Positions 39,849 through 49,985 of a DNA stretch of 64,000 nucleotides are shown in pieces. Numbering within the stretch: the stretch's first letter is position 1; each line of letters starts with the position of its first letter. The notes beneath the pieces are model-generated. The model saw only the letters and a program-made list of their open reading frames with translations, was not told the origin of the DNA and made no database searches. Made by a program: the position numbers and the translations under genes. Origin of the DNA: Phycisphaerae bacterium (GTDB lineage: Bacteria > Planctomycetota > Phycisphaerae > UBA1845 > Fen-1342); NCBI GenBank assembly GCA_963675745.2, contig CAXXWX010000026.1:672001-736000 (forward strand). Direction: 5' to 3'.

Positions 39849-40346
39849 CTAGGCAAACTTGGGCTTCAAGCCCAGGGCTTTGCGCACAACGGTGAGTTGG
39901 CCGGTGTGCATGCCAATGTGCCAAGCGTTGGCGCCGAGCAGGGCCGCGCGCGTGGCGCCGAAGTCCTTCAGGTCATCGGGTACGGGGGCGGCGAGCTGCT
40001 CGTCAGACAGGCCTTCGTACCACGCAACCATCTCATCATGGACCTTGTCAAACGCCGCTTTCACCTCGCGCAACGTGGGATAATCGGCGGTGTTCGAGGT
40101 GGGTGCCGTCTTCCACGCAAACAGCCCGGTCCACGACTCCGGCAACGTCGCATCCTTGCCCGCGAGCTGCGCGCCGATCATGTCGCAGCTCCAGGCCAGA
40201 TGCCCGACGATCCAGACGGCGTGATTGCCGTTTGCGACAGGCTGCGCGCAGCGCTGATCCTCGCTGATGTCCTCGAGCAGATTCGTCAGGATACCTCTGG
40301 CCATGTTGAATGCGGCCATGCCCGTCTCGACTGTTGGATTCGACAT
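39849..40346 (-). CDS. DinB-family protein
   Basis: NHAVWIVGHL, HIGMHTGQL..VRK.LG. Confidence 0.85.
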   Translation of the reverse strand: MSNPTVETGMAAFNMARGILTNLLEDISEDQRCAQPVANGNHAVWIVGHLAWSCDMIGAQLAGKDATLPESWTGLFAWKTAPTSNTADYPTLREVKAAFDKVHDEMVAWYEGLSDEQLAAPVPDDLKDFGATRAALLGANAWHIGMHTGQLTVVRKALGLKPKFA

Positions 40347-40415
40347 TGTGATAGTCTCCGTTTCTGTGCCCGTATACTCGCGCCTCGGCGGACGACGCCC
40401 GCCCAGGCGCGCTAG

Positions 40416-42464
40416 TTACCCGGTTGCCACTTGATTTCCACCCGCCTGTGTCACATGCCATGCGCGCAGTGTCTCGGCCACCGTCCAGGCCTGGGCGATC
40501 GCACCGTTGGCAACATGCGGCGCGTCGCCGTCGAACACTTCGCTCAGTGAGCCGATACCGTGTCTGGCAATCTGGCTGAGCAGCGGTTTCAGCAACGCCG
40601 CGGACCGTTGCCGATCGTGATTGACGCGGTAATCGGCGATTACAAACGGGCCGAGGAGCCAACCCCAGACCGTGCCGGTGTGGTAGGCCTCGTCACGCAT
40701 CGTCTGATCGCCGGAGTAAACGCCGTGATAGCCCGGCTCGTCGGCGGCGAGCGTGCGCAGCCCGCGCATCGTCAGCAGCTTGCGCTCGCACGCGGTGACC
40801 ACGCCGCGCTGTTGCTCGGCGGCCAGGGGCGAGTGCTCAAGCGCGACGGCGAAGATCTGGTTGGGTTGGATGCGCGCGTCATCGCCCATCGGTCCGTCGA
40901 TCACATCGTAGCACGCGTCACGGGCCGGGTTCCAGAACCGCTTGAACGCCGCCGCCGCCGCCTCGGCCATCGTCTCGTAGACCCGTTTCTCGCGGCCCAG
41001 CAGCGCCGCCCAGCGTGACAGGTTGCACAGCGCGTTGTACCACAGCGCGTTGACCTCGACCGGCTTGCCGGTGCGCGGCGTGATCACACGATCGCCGATC
41101 TTGGCATCCATCCACGTCAGGTTGATTCCCGCATGGCCGCAACAAATCAGCCCGTCGTCGGCCAGGTGGATGTTGTGTCGCGTGCCGTGGCGGTGCCACT
41201 CGATGATCTGTTCGGCGACCGGAAAGAGCTCTTCGAGCAGCGCCACGTCGTCGGTCGCGCGCAGGTATTGATCGATCGCCCACAGGTACCACAAGGTGGC
41301 GTCGGCCGTGTGATACTCGGGCGTGTCGCCGGCATCGGGGAAGCGGTTCGGTATCAGCCCGTCATGCACGTAGCGTGACCAGGTCAGCAGGATTTGCCGC
41401 GCGATATCCGCCTGTCCGGTCACCAGCGTGAGCCCCGGCAGCGCCACCATCGTGTCGCGGCCCCAGTCGCTGAACCAGGGATAGCCGGCAATCACGGTGT
41501 GGCCGTCGGGCGCGCTGTGCGCGGGGCGTTTGACGACGAACTGATGTGCCGCCAGCACAAGGTGCGCCAGAGATTCAGGCGCTGAGCGCGGCCAATCACC
41601 CGCGCTGGCCCGCCAGCATTTGAGCCGGTCGCGCGCGCGCCGCTCGCAACGATCAAGCGCGTCAGGTATTGAAAGCTCGGCATCGGACTCGGTAGCCGCC
41701 AGAAACGTCACGCTGTCGCCGGGGTTCAGAGTCAGGTGGCAACACCCGACACTCAGGTGGTCCTCGAGATGCCCGTAGCCGCGCTCGGCTTCAACCGGCA
41801 GGTAGAACTTGCGGTACCACGTATGGTCGGGCTCCCACTCGGGCGCACAGTCGGCGTCGCTCTCGCAGCGCACGTGGATGGGCACGGCGTCGTCATACGC
41901 GCGGATGATCATCCGCGGATCACGCACCTCCACGGCCATGCGCCAGTCATCAGGACGAGACAGCGCGTGATAGTCACGGTAGTTCACCAGCAGGCGCGCG
42001 GAGAATTCAATCGCCCGCGCATCTTCGGCCAGCGCGTACTGGACAAACGTGGCGTTATGACCGTGCTCCATCCACACGCGCTTGACCAGTTCGCAGTCAC
42101 CGATCAGATAGCGCCAGGTGGGGATTCCGCCGATAAGCTCGAACTGCTCGATCCACTCGCACCCGGCCGGCGATTCGACACCGGTGGTCCAGATGTTCGT
42201 GCAGAGTGGATAGGGTGCCCCGGCGACATGCACGGTCTCGTCCAGCTTGCTGACCAGGAGCGTGCGGCCCAACGGGGGATGCAACGCCGCCAGCAACAAG
42301 CCGTGGTAACGCCGGGTCAGCGCGCCGGCGATCGTGCCACAGGCAAACCCTCCCAGGCCGTTGGTTACCAGCCACTCACGACGGATGGCGTGCATCACAT
42401 CGCGGCATTTCTCGTGGGGAATTGAGATGCGCGGCAGGCGCGCCGGACCAACCATCAGCAGCAC
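40416..42464 (-). CDS. Amylo-alpha-1,6-glucosidase (glycogen debranching enzyme family)
   Basis: [50 protein letters not shown]. Confidence 0.93.
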   Translation of the reverse strand: MLLMVGPARLPRISIPHEKCRDVMHAIRREWLVTNGLGGFACGTIAGALTRRYHGLLLAALHPPLGRTLLVSKLDETVHVAGAPYPLCTNIWTTGVESPAGCEWIEQFELIGGIPTWRYLIGDCELVKRVWMEHGHNATFVQYALAEDARAIEFSARLLVNYRDYHALSRPDDWRMAVEVRDPRMIIRAYDDAVPIHVRCESDADCAPEWEPDHTWYRKFYLPVEAERGYGHLEDHLSVGCCHLTLNPGDSVTFLAATESDAELSIPDALDRCERRARDRLKCWRASAGDWPRSAPESLAHLVLAAHQFVVKRPAHSAPDGHTVIAGYPWFSDWGRDTMVALPGLTLVTGQADIARQILLTWSRYVHDGLIPNRFPDAGDTPEYHTADATLWYLWAIDQYLRATDDVALLEELFPVAEQIIEWHRHGTRHNIHLADDGLICCGHAGINLTWMDAKIGDRVITPRTGKPVEVNALWYNALCNLSRWAALLGREKRVYETMAEAAAAAFKRFWNPARDACYDVIDGPMGDDARIQPNQIFAVALEHSPLAAEQQRGVVTACERKLLTMRGLRTLAADEPGYHGVYSGDQTMRDEAYHTGTVWGWLLGPFVIADYRVNHDRQRSAALLKPLLSQIARHGIGSLSEVFDGDAPHVANGAIAQAWTVAETLRAWHVTQAGGNQVATG

Positions 42465-42471
42465 TCACCTT

Positions 42472-42629
42472 GTGTCGTCACCCAGTATCCAGATCGGCTT
42501 CAAGAGAATCCGTCACTTCGCAGTGCGCCAGGGCAGTTTCAGTTCAACCGTCGCGTCATGCACCCCTGCCTGATGAAGCCTGAGATTGTCAGGCGCGAAG
42601 GCCTGACGTCGCAACCGGCTTGGGGACAC
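42472..42629 (-). ncRNA. Candidate structured RNA (unassigned; 6S-like or 5' leader)
   Basis: Nested pairings GTGTC/GACAC, CCCA/TGGG, GGCTTCA/TGAAGCC; hairpins GTCAGGC..GCCTGAC and CACT-GCGA-AGTG. Confidence 0.35.
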
Positions 42630-42758
42630 GCTGACAGCGCGCGAATATTAACGCAGAGGGGCTGACAACCGCAAAGCCTGACACGCGACTTGGCAATATT
42701 GAGGGGTGAGTTGCGGGGGGACGGCTGGGCTTCAAGGCTGCGCACGCGATCGCCGGGG

Positions 42759-44441
42759 TCAGTTGCGGGATTTGCCGCTGAGCGCCTTGCGCGCCTCCTC
42801 GAGCAGTGAATCGACCTTGAACGGCTTGAACAGCACGCCCGAGAGCCCCTCGTGACTGGCACGCACGATCGCATGGTCGGGGTCATAGCCGAAGCCGGTC
42901 ATGAGCACGACATGACACTCGGCGTTGGCTTCCTTTGCGGCGGCAAAAACCTCGTACCCATTGCGGTGCGGCATCTTGATGTCAGAGATGATCAGATCGA
43001 ACTGCTGCTCGCGGATAAGCCGGATGGCGTCTTCACCATCATTCGCCATCGCCACAATCGCGCCGGCCCTGGTCAGGACCGCGGCCACGGTGTCACGGAT
43101 CACATCCTCGTCGTCGGCCACCAGCACGCGCTTGTTGGCCAACAGCGGATCTGTTTCCTCCGACTCGTTTGCCACGCCGTCCAATCCGGCCGGTTCTTCC
43201 ATGTTTCTTATCCGCTGTTTGATGTTCTCGACCGCGTCGATGATCCCGTGCATGCCTCGCCGCAAGTCATCGTGGCCGATGTAGTCTTCCATCAGAGCGC
43301 TCGCCTGAGAGACAATGTCATTGAGCGGGGCGGCGAGTTCGGCGAGCACATCGGCGGTGACCTGCCCCGTGGCGGTGTGACGCTCGACCGCCAACAGACG
43401 CAGCGTGTTCAGCGCGATGGCTATGTAGCGCCCGAAGATCTCGGCGAATTGCCGATCATCCTCGGTGAAGGCGGCGATCTCTTTTGACTCCACGTTAAAC
43501 GTGCCCACGACGCGGTCCTTCAGCCAGAGGGCCACCGTCAGGGATGAGCGTGCATCGGTGATCCCAGGCAACACGTGCGGGTCACGTCGAATGTCTGGGC
43601 AGATATAGGAACGCCCCTTGGCAGCCACCCATCCGCTGATGCCGTTGCCCTCGGTCGTCGCGTAGAGTTGACGGTTGCGCGCGGTTTCGGACATGCCTTC
43701 GGCAAGCAGCAGGTCAAGCCGATTGGTCTTGTTGTCAAGCACGCGCACCGCGAAGTGCTGGAAGTGCAGCAGATCGTGGCTACAGCGCACGATCTTCTTT
43801 TCCAGCATCCCCAGGCGCTCGCCGACGTCCATGTCGGCCAGGGCATCGGGGTCGATGCGCAGCAACTCGCAGCCGGCGGCATCAATCGCGTTGAGCTTCT
43901 CGTGCAACCGACGCGTCGGCGTTACGTCCCAGGCCACCACCACGGCGCGGCTGACCTGCCCGCCGGGGTCGAAGATCGGCGAGGCGGTCAGGTCGAAGTG
44001 CAGGGTCGAATCGATGCTGATACTGCGATGGCGCTGGCGGGGTTTATCGGGCGGCGGGCGGTCGGCGGCGAGTTCGCGACACATTTCTGTCGCCGCCTGC
44101 CGGATGGTTTCGATTGCTTGGGGGGGATACGACTGAAACTTCGGGTTGGACCAGTGCAGGTTGCCGCCGTGGTCGACGGTACACACGCCGTGGCCGATCA
44201 ACGATAGGATCGACACCGCCTCGGCATGCCCGGCGGATGTTGTCAGCGGTAGGAACTGGTCCGTGGTGCTGATGACAGCGTCGAACACGCGCTCGCGAAT
44301 GGCGCGTAGTGCTTCGTCGGGCGTCTGCACGGCGCTGACATCGCAAAACATGCCAACCGCGTCCTGCAGTTCCTTGATCATCCCCGGCCGGCCCAGCATC
44401 AGCACTGAGCGCGTCCTCTCGGGGGAAGGAGACGTCATCAT
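42759..44441 (-). CDS. Signalling protein: degenerate REC - PAS-like - GAF - DHp-like helix - REC
   Basis: GAF (GISGWVA..G, FTEDDRQFAEIF); C-terminal REC with ADDED, SDIKMP, MTGFG, KPF. Confidence 0.85.
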   Translation of the reverse strand: MMTSPSPERTRSVLMLGRPGMIKELQDAVGMFCDVSAVQTPDEALRAIRERVFDAVISTTDQFLPLTTSAGHAEAVSILSLIGHGVCTVDHGGNLHWSNPKFQSYPPQAIETIRQAATEMCRELAADRPPPDKPRQRHRSISIDSTLHFDLTASPIFDPGGQVSRAVVVAWDVTPTRRLHEKLNAIDAAGCELLRIDPDALADMDVGERLGMLEKKIVRCSHDLLHFQHFAVRVLDNKTNRLDLLLAEGMSETARNRQLYATTEGNGISGWVAAKGRSYICPDIRRDPHVLPGITDARSSLTVALWLKDRVVGTFNVESKEIAAFTEDDRQFAEIFGRYIAIALNTLRLLAVERHTATGQVTADVLAELAAPLNDIVSQASALMEDYIGHDDLRRGMHGIIDAVENIKQRIRNMEEPAGLDGVANESEETDPLLANKRVLVADDEDVIRDTVAAVLTRAGAIVAMANDGEDAIRLIREQQFDLIISDIKMPHRNGYEVFAAAKEANAECHVVLMTGFGYDPDHAIVRASHEGLSGVLFKPFKVDSLLEEARKALSGKSRN

Positions 44442-44689
44442 CGTGTCATTCGCCTCGCCGAGTCCAGACATGGATTGCAATACAGCAACAACCCGCCAGT
44501 TTACAGCTTACGCGAAAGGCCCGGCGTGTAGCAAGGGTCGTAACATGTTTCGCTGTCATACCTACCGAGGCAGCGAGCGACACGCCCCGGGTTTCCACCG
44601 GTGGGTTTCCAGGGTGGCAGCGTCATGCCATGGCGCACAGCCAGTTCGGGCACGTCCAGCGCGACATCACGCCTTGTCGGGGATCGGCG

Positions 44690-45124
44690 CTACCGTGCGA
44701 ATTTCGCCAGGGCTTTGCGGAGCGCGGCCGCGGCGGACTTGGTTTCGTCAGGCGTTTTGAAGGCGTAGTAGAAAATGGCCTTGCGCCCCATGCGCGCCGC
44801 GGTGACACCGCGGATATTGACGTCGGCCGCGGCTATCGCGCGCGACATCGCAGAACCCAGGCCGCGCCGATCGGGCCCCTCGACGCGCAACGCGTTCATC
44901 CCCACCGCCGGGACAAAGCCAACCTCCTTGGCAGCGTCCTTCTGCTTCTTGCCCTTGATGGGCGCGATGAACACCCGCGAGGTCTTCTCCGTGGCGCGTC
45001 GCCCGACGAGGAACTCCATATCCGCGCCGGCCTCGGTCAGGGCCTCGAGCGCCCGCGCCAACATCCCGGGCCGGTTGACCATATCCGCGGCCCACACGTC
45101 GACTTTCTTTACGGAATACGCCAT
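44690..45124 (-). CDS. Tandem ACT-domain protein
   Basis: NRPGMLARAL..L..AG.D and DRRGLG...SRAIAAA.VNI. Confidence 0.75.
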   Translation of the reverse strand: MAYSVKKVDVWAADMVNRPGMLARALEALTEAGADMEFLVGRRATEKTSRVFIAPIKGKKQKDAAKEVGFVPAVGMNALRVEGPDRRGLGSAMSRAIAAADVNIRGVTAARMGRKAIFYYAFKTPDETKSAAAALRKALAKFAR

Positions 45125-45340
45125 GAATACCTCCCTTGATTCAAAGCACGCAAGATCAGCAGCGCGCAGTATACCGCCGTCGCCCGCACGTAGGGTAGGT
45201 CGAGCGCGGCGAGACCTGCCGTACGCACCGTTCCGCAATAGCGTTTCTGCCACACGCGGCCGGCACTCGCGCGCATCGCTTGTTCCGTGGCGCGCGCCGC
45301 CGTAGCATGGCCTGCCCTTGTCAGCACAACGGAGTCAAGC

Positions 45341-47137
45341 GTGAACCAAGCCAATCAGCCCCCGGGCGCCCCCGGCCGTGCCGGCGACGATCAATCGACC
45401 ACCCTGCGCGACGTACAGCAGCTCGGCATGTTCGCCGCCATCGCCAGTCTCAGCTATGTCTTCTGGGTCGTCGGCGCCATGGAGATGGTCGAACGCCTAG
45501 CCTTCTACGGCGTGCGGGCGATCACGGCCCTGTACGTGACCGCATCAGCCGAGGAGGGCGGGCTTGGCATCCCCGAAGTCCGGCTGGCCTACGTCTTCAC
45601 CGCCTGGGCCGTCGTACAGTCGTTCTTCCCGGTCTTCACGGGCGTGCTGTCCGACCGTTACGGCTACAAAGAGACGATCTTCGCCTCGACCGTGATCAAA
45701 ATCCTCGGTTATCTGATCATGGGGATATTCCCGTCATTCGCCGGTTTCTTCTGCGGCGTCGTGGTGCTGGCGCTCGGCACGGCCATCTTCAAACCGGGGA
45801 TCCAGGGCACACTCGTCAAGTGTACAACCCGCCGGAACAGCTCGATTGCCTGGGGTATTTTCTACCAGACGGTGAACATCGGGGGCTGGCTGGGCCCGTT
45901 GGTGGCGAGTTTCCTGCGCGATCGCGCCTGGGGGTACATCTTCTATGCCTGCGCCGGGATCATCAGCCTCAATTTCTTCCTGCTGCTGACCTATCGCGAG
46001 GTCGGGAAGGAGGATCGTCTCGCCGACGAGCAGACGCGCCGCGTGGAAGGTCGGCCCCGCGCCAACCTGCTGATGGTGTCGCTGCGCGAACTGGCCAAGC
46101 CGCATGTGGCGATCTACCTCGCGATCTTCTCCGGCTTCTGGTTCATGTTCAACGCCCTGTTTGACGTGCTGCCACTGCACATCCGCGACTGGGTGGACAC
46201 CGGCGACATAATCAGCTTTCTGTTCGGTGACGCCGAGCGCCCCAACGCGTTTGTCGCATTCCTCGTGGGTGCCAACCGGGACGGCACGGCGATCGACCCC
46301 GAGGGCATGCTGAACCTCAACGCGGGCATCATCATGCTGACCTGCTTCGTGTTCGCGGCGATCAGCGCTAAGCTGCGCGCCACGACCAGCATGGTGATCG
46401 GGACGCTGCTGGCATCACTGGCGATGTTCATGTGCGGCTGGGCACAGGCGGGCTGGGCTTCATTGGGCGCCATCGCGATTTTCAGTGTCGGCGAGATGCT
46501 CTCCAGCCCGAAGTTCAGCGAGTTCATCGGCAACTTCGCGCCGCGCGACAAGAAGGCCATGTATCTCGGGTTTTCGCAGATTCCGATCGCGGTCGGCTGG
46601 ACGCTGGAGAGCTACTTCGCGCCGACGCTCTATGGCATCTATGCGGCCAAGGATCGGCTGGTGCGTGGTTTTCTGGAGCGGCACGCCGCGGAGGGACACG
46701 CCGTCATGCCGTCGGCCGCAACGTTCGATGCCTGGTCGCAGGTCAGAGGTGTTGAACTGACCGCTGGTGAGCTGATCGAGCTGTTTGAAGCCGAGCCCAT
46801 CAAGTTTGTTGAACAGATACCGCAGGGCGAGGCGTTCAACTGGGCAACACAGATCGCCGCCCAGTCGCCGGAGATGCTGGCGGAGTTGCCAGGCGGTGCG
46901 GCGCTGGCCGCCAACGCCATGGAGCCTGTGACGACCATGCCGACGACGACGCAGGCCACGGAGGCGCTGGAACCGGTGGCGCATGCATTGACCGATTTCC
47001 TGCGGGACACCCACAGCGTCGGCAACCTGTGGTACCTCATGCTGGCCATCGGCGTGGTGTCCGCGATCGGCATTTACATGTATGGGCGCTGGGTGCTGAC
47101 GCTGAGTCTGAGTCACGACGGCACGGCCGATGAGTAG
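45341..47137 (+). CDS. MFS transporter, POT/PTR peptide-transporter-like
   Basis: EMVERLAFYG, SDRYG, IFKP, FYQTVNIG, GEMLSSP. Confidence 0.9.
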   Translation: MNQANQPPGAPGRAGDDQSTTLRDVQQLGMFAAIASLSYVFWVVGAMEMVERLAFYGVRAITALYVTASAEEGGLGIPEVRLAYVFTAWAVVQSFFPVFTGVLSDRYGYKETIFASTVIKILGYLIMGIFPSFAGFFCGVVVLALGTAIFKPGIQGTLVKCTTRRNSSIAWGIFYQTVNIGGWLGPLVASFLRDRAWGYIFYACAGIISLNFFLLLTYREVGKEDRLADEQTRRVEGRPRANLLMVSLRELAKPHVAIYLAIFSGFWFMFNALFDVLPLHIRDWVDTGDIISFLFGDAERPNAFVAFLVGANRDGTAIDPEGMLNLNAGIIMLTCFVFAAISAKLRATTSMVIGTLLASLAMFMCGWAQAGWASLGAIAIFSVGEMLSSPKFSEFIGNFAPRDKKAMYLGFSQIPIAVGWTLESYFAPTLYGIYAAKDRLVRGFLERHAAEGHAVMPSAATFDAWSQVRGVELTAGELIELFEAEPIKFVEQIPQGEAFNWATQIAAQSPEMLAELPGGAALAANAMEPVTTMPTTTQATEALEPVAHALTDFLRDTHSVGNLWYLMLAIGVVSAIGIYMYGRWVLTLSLSHDGTADE

Positions 47138-47159
47138 CGGGACGCGCGGCAGGCACGAT

Positions 47160-47212
47160 TGTGGCACCGGTTTTCAACCGGTGGAGCCCACAGGTTACAA
47201 ACCTGTGCCACA
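47160..47212. repeat. REP-like palindrome doublet, family A copy 3
   Basis: TGTGGCACCGGTTTTCAACCGGTG..CACAGGTTACAAACCTGTGCCACA between convergent genes. Confidence 0.88.
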
Positions 47213-47263
47213 ACAGGGCGGCAGGTCTCGTTCCTCGACCTGCCCTCCCCCCCGCCGGGCTCG

Positions 47264-47749
47264 TCACTCTGCGTGCTGATGACACGCCATGTCAATGACA
47301 ACCGTCGCTGCGAGCAGTAGCACGTCATCCTCGCCGGCGACAACATCCACACCGTAGGTATCCGTCCAACTGAACCACTTCTTCGAGACGGCGGCGATCA
47401 CGCGTCCATTGCGTGTGAATGTGTATTCGTGGCTGAGGAAGTCTCCGCCGGCCTCGGGGTCGTCGGGTCCGGGCACGTCGATAGTGAACCGCGCGCGAAA
47501 GAGAGTGAACAGGTGCTTCGTGACGACGGCGGCCAGGCGCCCGGCCCGATGAATCTCGTAGGTCGGCCCCCACGAGAGCAGCTTCTGTTTGATGAAGGCC
47601 AGCTCGTTACCCGCCAGATCCCGAAATGATAGCTGGTCGCCCAAGCTGAAGACCTTGCCATCCACGAGAAAGACATCGTTACCGTGCTCATCCTTGATGC
47701 GAAAGTCGGCCCCCAGGCTGAACAGCTTCTGCTTCATAACGTACCGCAT
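47264..47749 (-). CDS. LURP-one/scramblase-like (Tubby C-terminal-like) protein
   Basis: MKQKLFSLGADF.I.D..G, SKKWFSWTDTYGVD. Confidence 0.88.
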   Translation of the reverse strand: MRYVMKQKLFSLGADFRIKDEHGNDVFLVDGKVFSLGDQLSFRDLAGNELAFIKQKLLSWGPTYEIHRAGRLAAVVTKHLFTLFRARFTIDVPGPDDPEAGGDFLSHEYTFTRNGRVIAAVSKKWFSWTDTYGVDVVAGEDDVLLLAATVVIDMACHQHAE

Positions 47750-47985
47750 GGAAACCTCCGCTCCCGGGCTGTGATTCACCAGGCTATGTGCGTATTCTGA
47801 ACGGTCCCCGCCGCCGCGCCGATGAGAAATCCACGCCGTGATTGGAATCGACGCCGCCAGAGCGAGAGGTTTCCGGCGTATTACTCCAGCATTATGCCAA
47901 TACCCCGGCGGATCTCGCCGGCAACTTGTGTGGCGGTCCCGGGATACACGGCAATGTTGTCCATCATACCGGTTGTGGCAGAACG

Positions 47986-49743
47986 CTAGCCGCTCAGCAA
48001 CGCGACAAACGCGCCAATATCGCCGTTGTTGATAAAGCCGTCGCAATTAGCGTCGGCCAGCGTGAGGTTGCAGTCTGGATATGCGACGGCATATCCATCG
48101 GGGTCGGTGACTGCCAGCACGAACGGGTCGATGTCGCCGTTATTGACGAACCCGTCGCAATTCATGTCGCCCAACGCGGGTGCGCCAAACTCGAAGGCCC
48201 CCATATCAACGCGAGCCACGCTGTCTCCGTTGCCGTCCCAGACGCGCAAGTGACGGCCCAAGTCGGTGTCGCCCGGCAGCGGCACGAAACTCGGATCGCC
48301 CGTATCCACGCATGGCGATCCGGCGGCGAGCCGAAAGTCATTGTCCTCCCACGTGTTCGGATCACCGTCCGGCCCGTAGGGATCGACGAACAATGGGTCG
48401 GCGTCGACGTTGCCCGCGCCGGACCAACCGGACTCCACGTCGCTATACGTGACGGTCAGCGTGCCCGTATCGATATAGACCTCCTCCGGCAAGTCGCCCC
48501 ACAGAATGGAGTTGCTGACAACCGGGCTGGACTTGTAGCACCACAGACCGCCACCTTCGACGTCGGCCGTATTCAGCGCGATCGTGCAATTCTCGATCGT
48601 CGCGTGGCTCTGTTGCGAGCAGCGTATGCCGCCACCGCGCTGGGCCGTGTTGAGCGTGACTGCGCAGTTGCGGAGCGTCGGATTGCAGTACCAGTAGCAG
48701 TAGACACCGCCACCCTGCCCCCCAGCCTCGTTTCGAGCGATCGCGCACTGCACAATTGTCGGGCTGCTTTCTTCACAGTAAACGGCTCCGCCGGCGGCGC
48801 CGGCAGTGTTGCCTGCGATAACGCAGTTGCTGACCACGTCTCCGCTGCCACTGTAGAGCCAGCGGATTCCTCCGCCGTTGTAATCGGCGATGTTTTGCAG
48901 GATATAAGAGTTGGACAGCATCAGGCTTCCTTCGCCGGAGTTGATGGCTGCCGCGTGTGCCGCGGAATTGGCCACGAGCAGACATCCGCTGATTTCCACA
49001 TTGCTGATAGAGGAATCAACACCGCCGCCTGAAACCGCGTCGTTCTCCCTGATTTCGCAATCGCGAATATGCGCGTTCGTGGCTTGGCAACAGACGCCAC
49101 CGCCCACGTAGGCGCACGAGTTGTGCGAGATCGTGCAGCGTTCAATTGTCGGGTTGCCGCCCAACAGGAAAACGCCCGCCCCCAGGCTGGTACGTTCGGC
49201 GAGGTTGTTATACGTGATCGTGCAATCGCGAATCACAACGCTACTATTGTGACAGGCAATGCCGCCGCCGTCACCAAAGAGCGATGTCCCGCTGGAGCTG
49301 GCGGTGCACTGTGTAATCGTGCACTTCTCTATCACCGGGCCGCTGCTATGGCAGTAAATGCCGCCGCCGCGATAGTCATCCGCGTCGTCACCGTAGGCCA
49401 GGCCACGCCTGATCGTGAGCCCGGTCAGTACGCTCGCCTCGGTCTCACCGCTATGGAAGTAAAATCCGCGAGCGGCGTACTGACAATCGATGACGCACAG
49501 CGCCGCGTCCCCCGACGCGCTGCGTACGGTGATCGCCCGACCACCGAAGTCCAAATCTCGGTTTCCTGATCCTGTGTACGTCCCGTCGGCAATGACCACT
49601 TCATCACCGGCAACACAAGCGTCGATCGCCGCCTGAATCGTGCCGTACACGCTGGGCACGTGCCGCTCTTCGCTGTAGGCCACACAGGTGACGGCCGCGA
49701 CAGCAGCCAGCGACGACAGAACCTGAAATCGTGGAGTTGGCAT
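47986..49743 (-). CDS. Secreted right-handed parallel beta-helix protein with C-terminal dockerin-like domain
   Basis: Signal peptide, TIQAAID, repeated GGGI.C....I..C.I..N, DMGAFEF, GDMNCDGFVNNGDI twice. Confidence 0.88.
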   Translation of the reverse strand: MPTPRFQVLSSLAAVAAVTCVAYSEERHVPSVYGTIQAAIDACVAGDEVVIADGTYTGSGNRDLDFGGRAITVRSASGDAALCVIDCQYAARGFYFHSGETEASVLTGLTIRRGLAYGDDADDYRGGGIYCHSSGPVIEKCTITQCTASSSGTSLFGDGGGIACHNSSVVIRDCTITYNNLAERTSLGAGVFLLGGNPTIERCTISHNSCAYVGGGVCCQATNAHIRDCEIRENDAVSGGGVDSSISNVEISGCLLVANSAAHAAAINSGEGSLMLSNSYILQNIADYNGGGIRWLYSGSGDVVSNCVIAGNTAGAAGGAVYCEESSPTIVQCAIARNEAGGQGGGVYCYWYCNPTLRNCAVTLNTAQRGGGIRCSQQSHATIENCTIALNTADVEGGGLWCYKSSPVVSNSILWGDLPEEVYIDTGTLTVTYSDVESGWSGAGNVDADPLFVDPYGPDGDPNTWEDNDFRLAAGSPCVDTGDPSFVPLPGDTDLGRHLRVWDGNGDSVARVDMGAFEFGAPALGDMNCDGFVNNGDIDPFVLAVTDPDGYAVAYPDCNLTLADANCDGFINNGDIGAFVALLSG

Positions 49744-49985
49744 ATCAGCACCTCGTCAGCTTGCGACGTGCGACCCCACATGGCGTGGCTGCCCCGCCAT
49801 CCTGCCCGTGGGGCAGAAACCTACGTGTATGCTAACGAATGCGGGAATGCGTCGCAAACCGAATCGGATGGCCCAAAGTCGCGCTCGCCTGTCAGATAAC
49901 GCCTCGCGCCGCCTATGGCGCTGCCGGGTATGCCGGTATCGACCCAACGGCTTGCGCGAGTATCGGCGTGCCGAGGAGCCGTCGG

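Noticed and set aside
42480..42570. TPP riboswitch resemblance (GGGGTGC...CTGAAA...TTGAAGCCGATCTGGATA, minus strand)
   Set aside because: Lacks CTGAGA, the P5 pairing and the CGTAGG ending; the downstream gene is unrelated to thiamine.
42570..42606. Hammerhead ribozyme (CTGATGA + stem) on the plus strand
   Set aside because: The stem is followed by GCGAAG, not GAAA, and no matching stem I/III with a UH cleavage site could be built.
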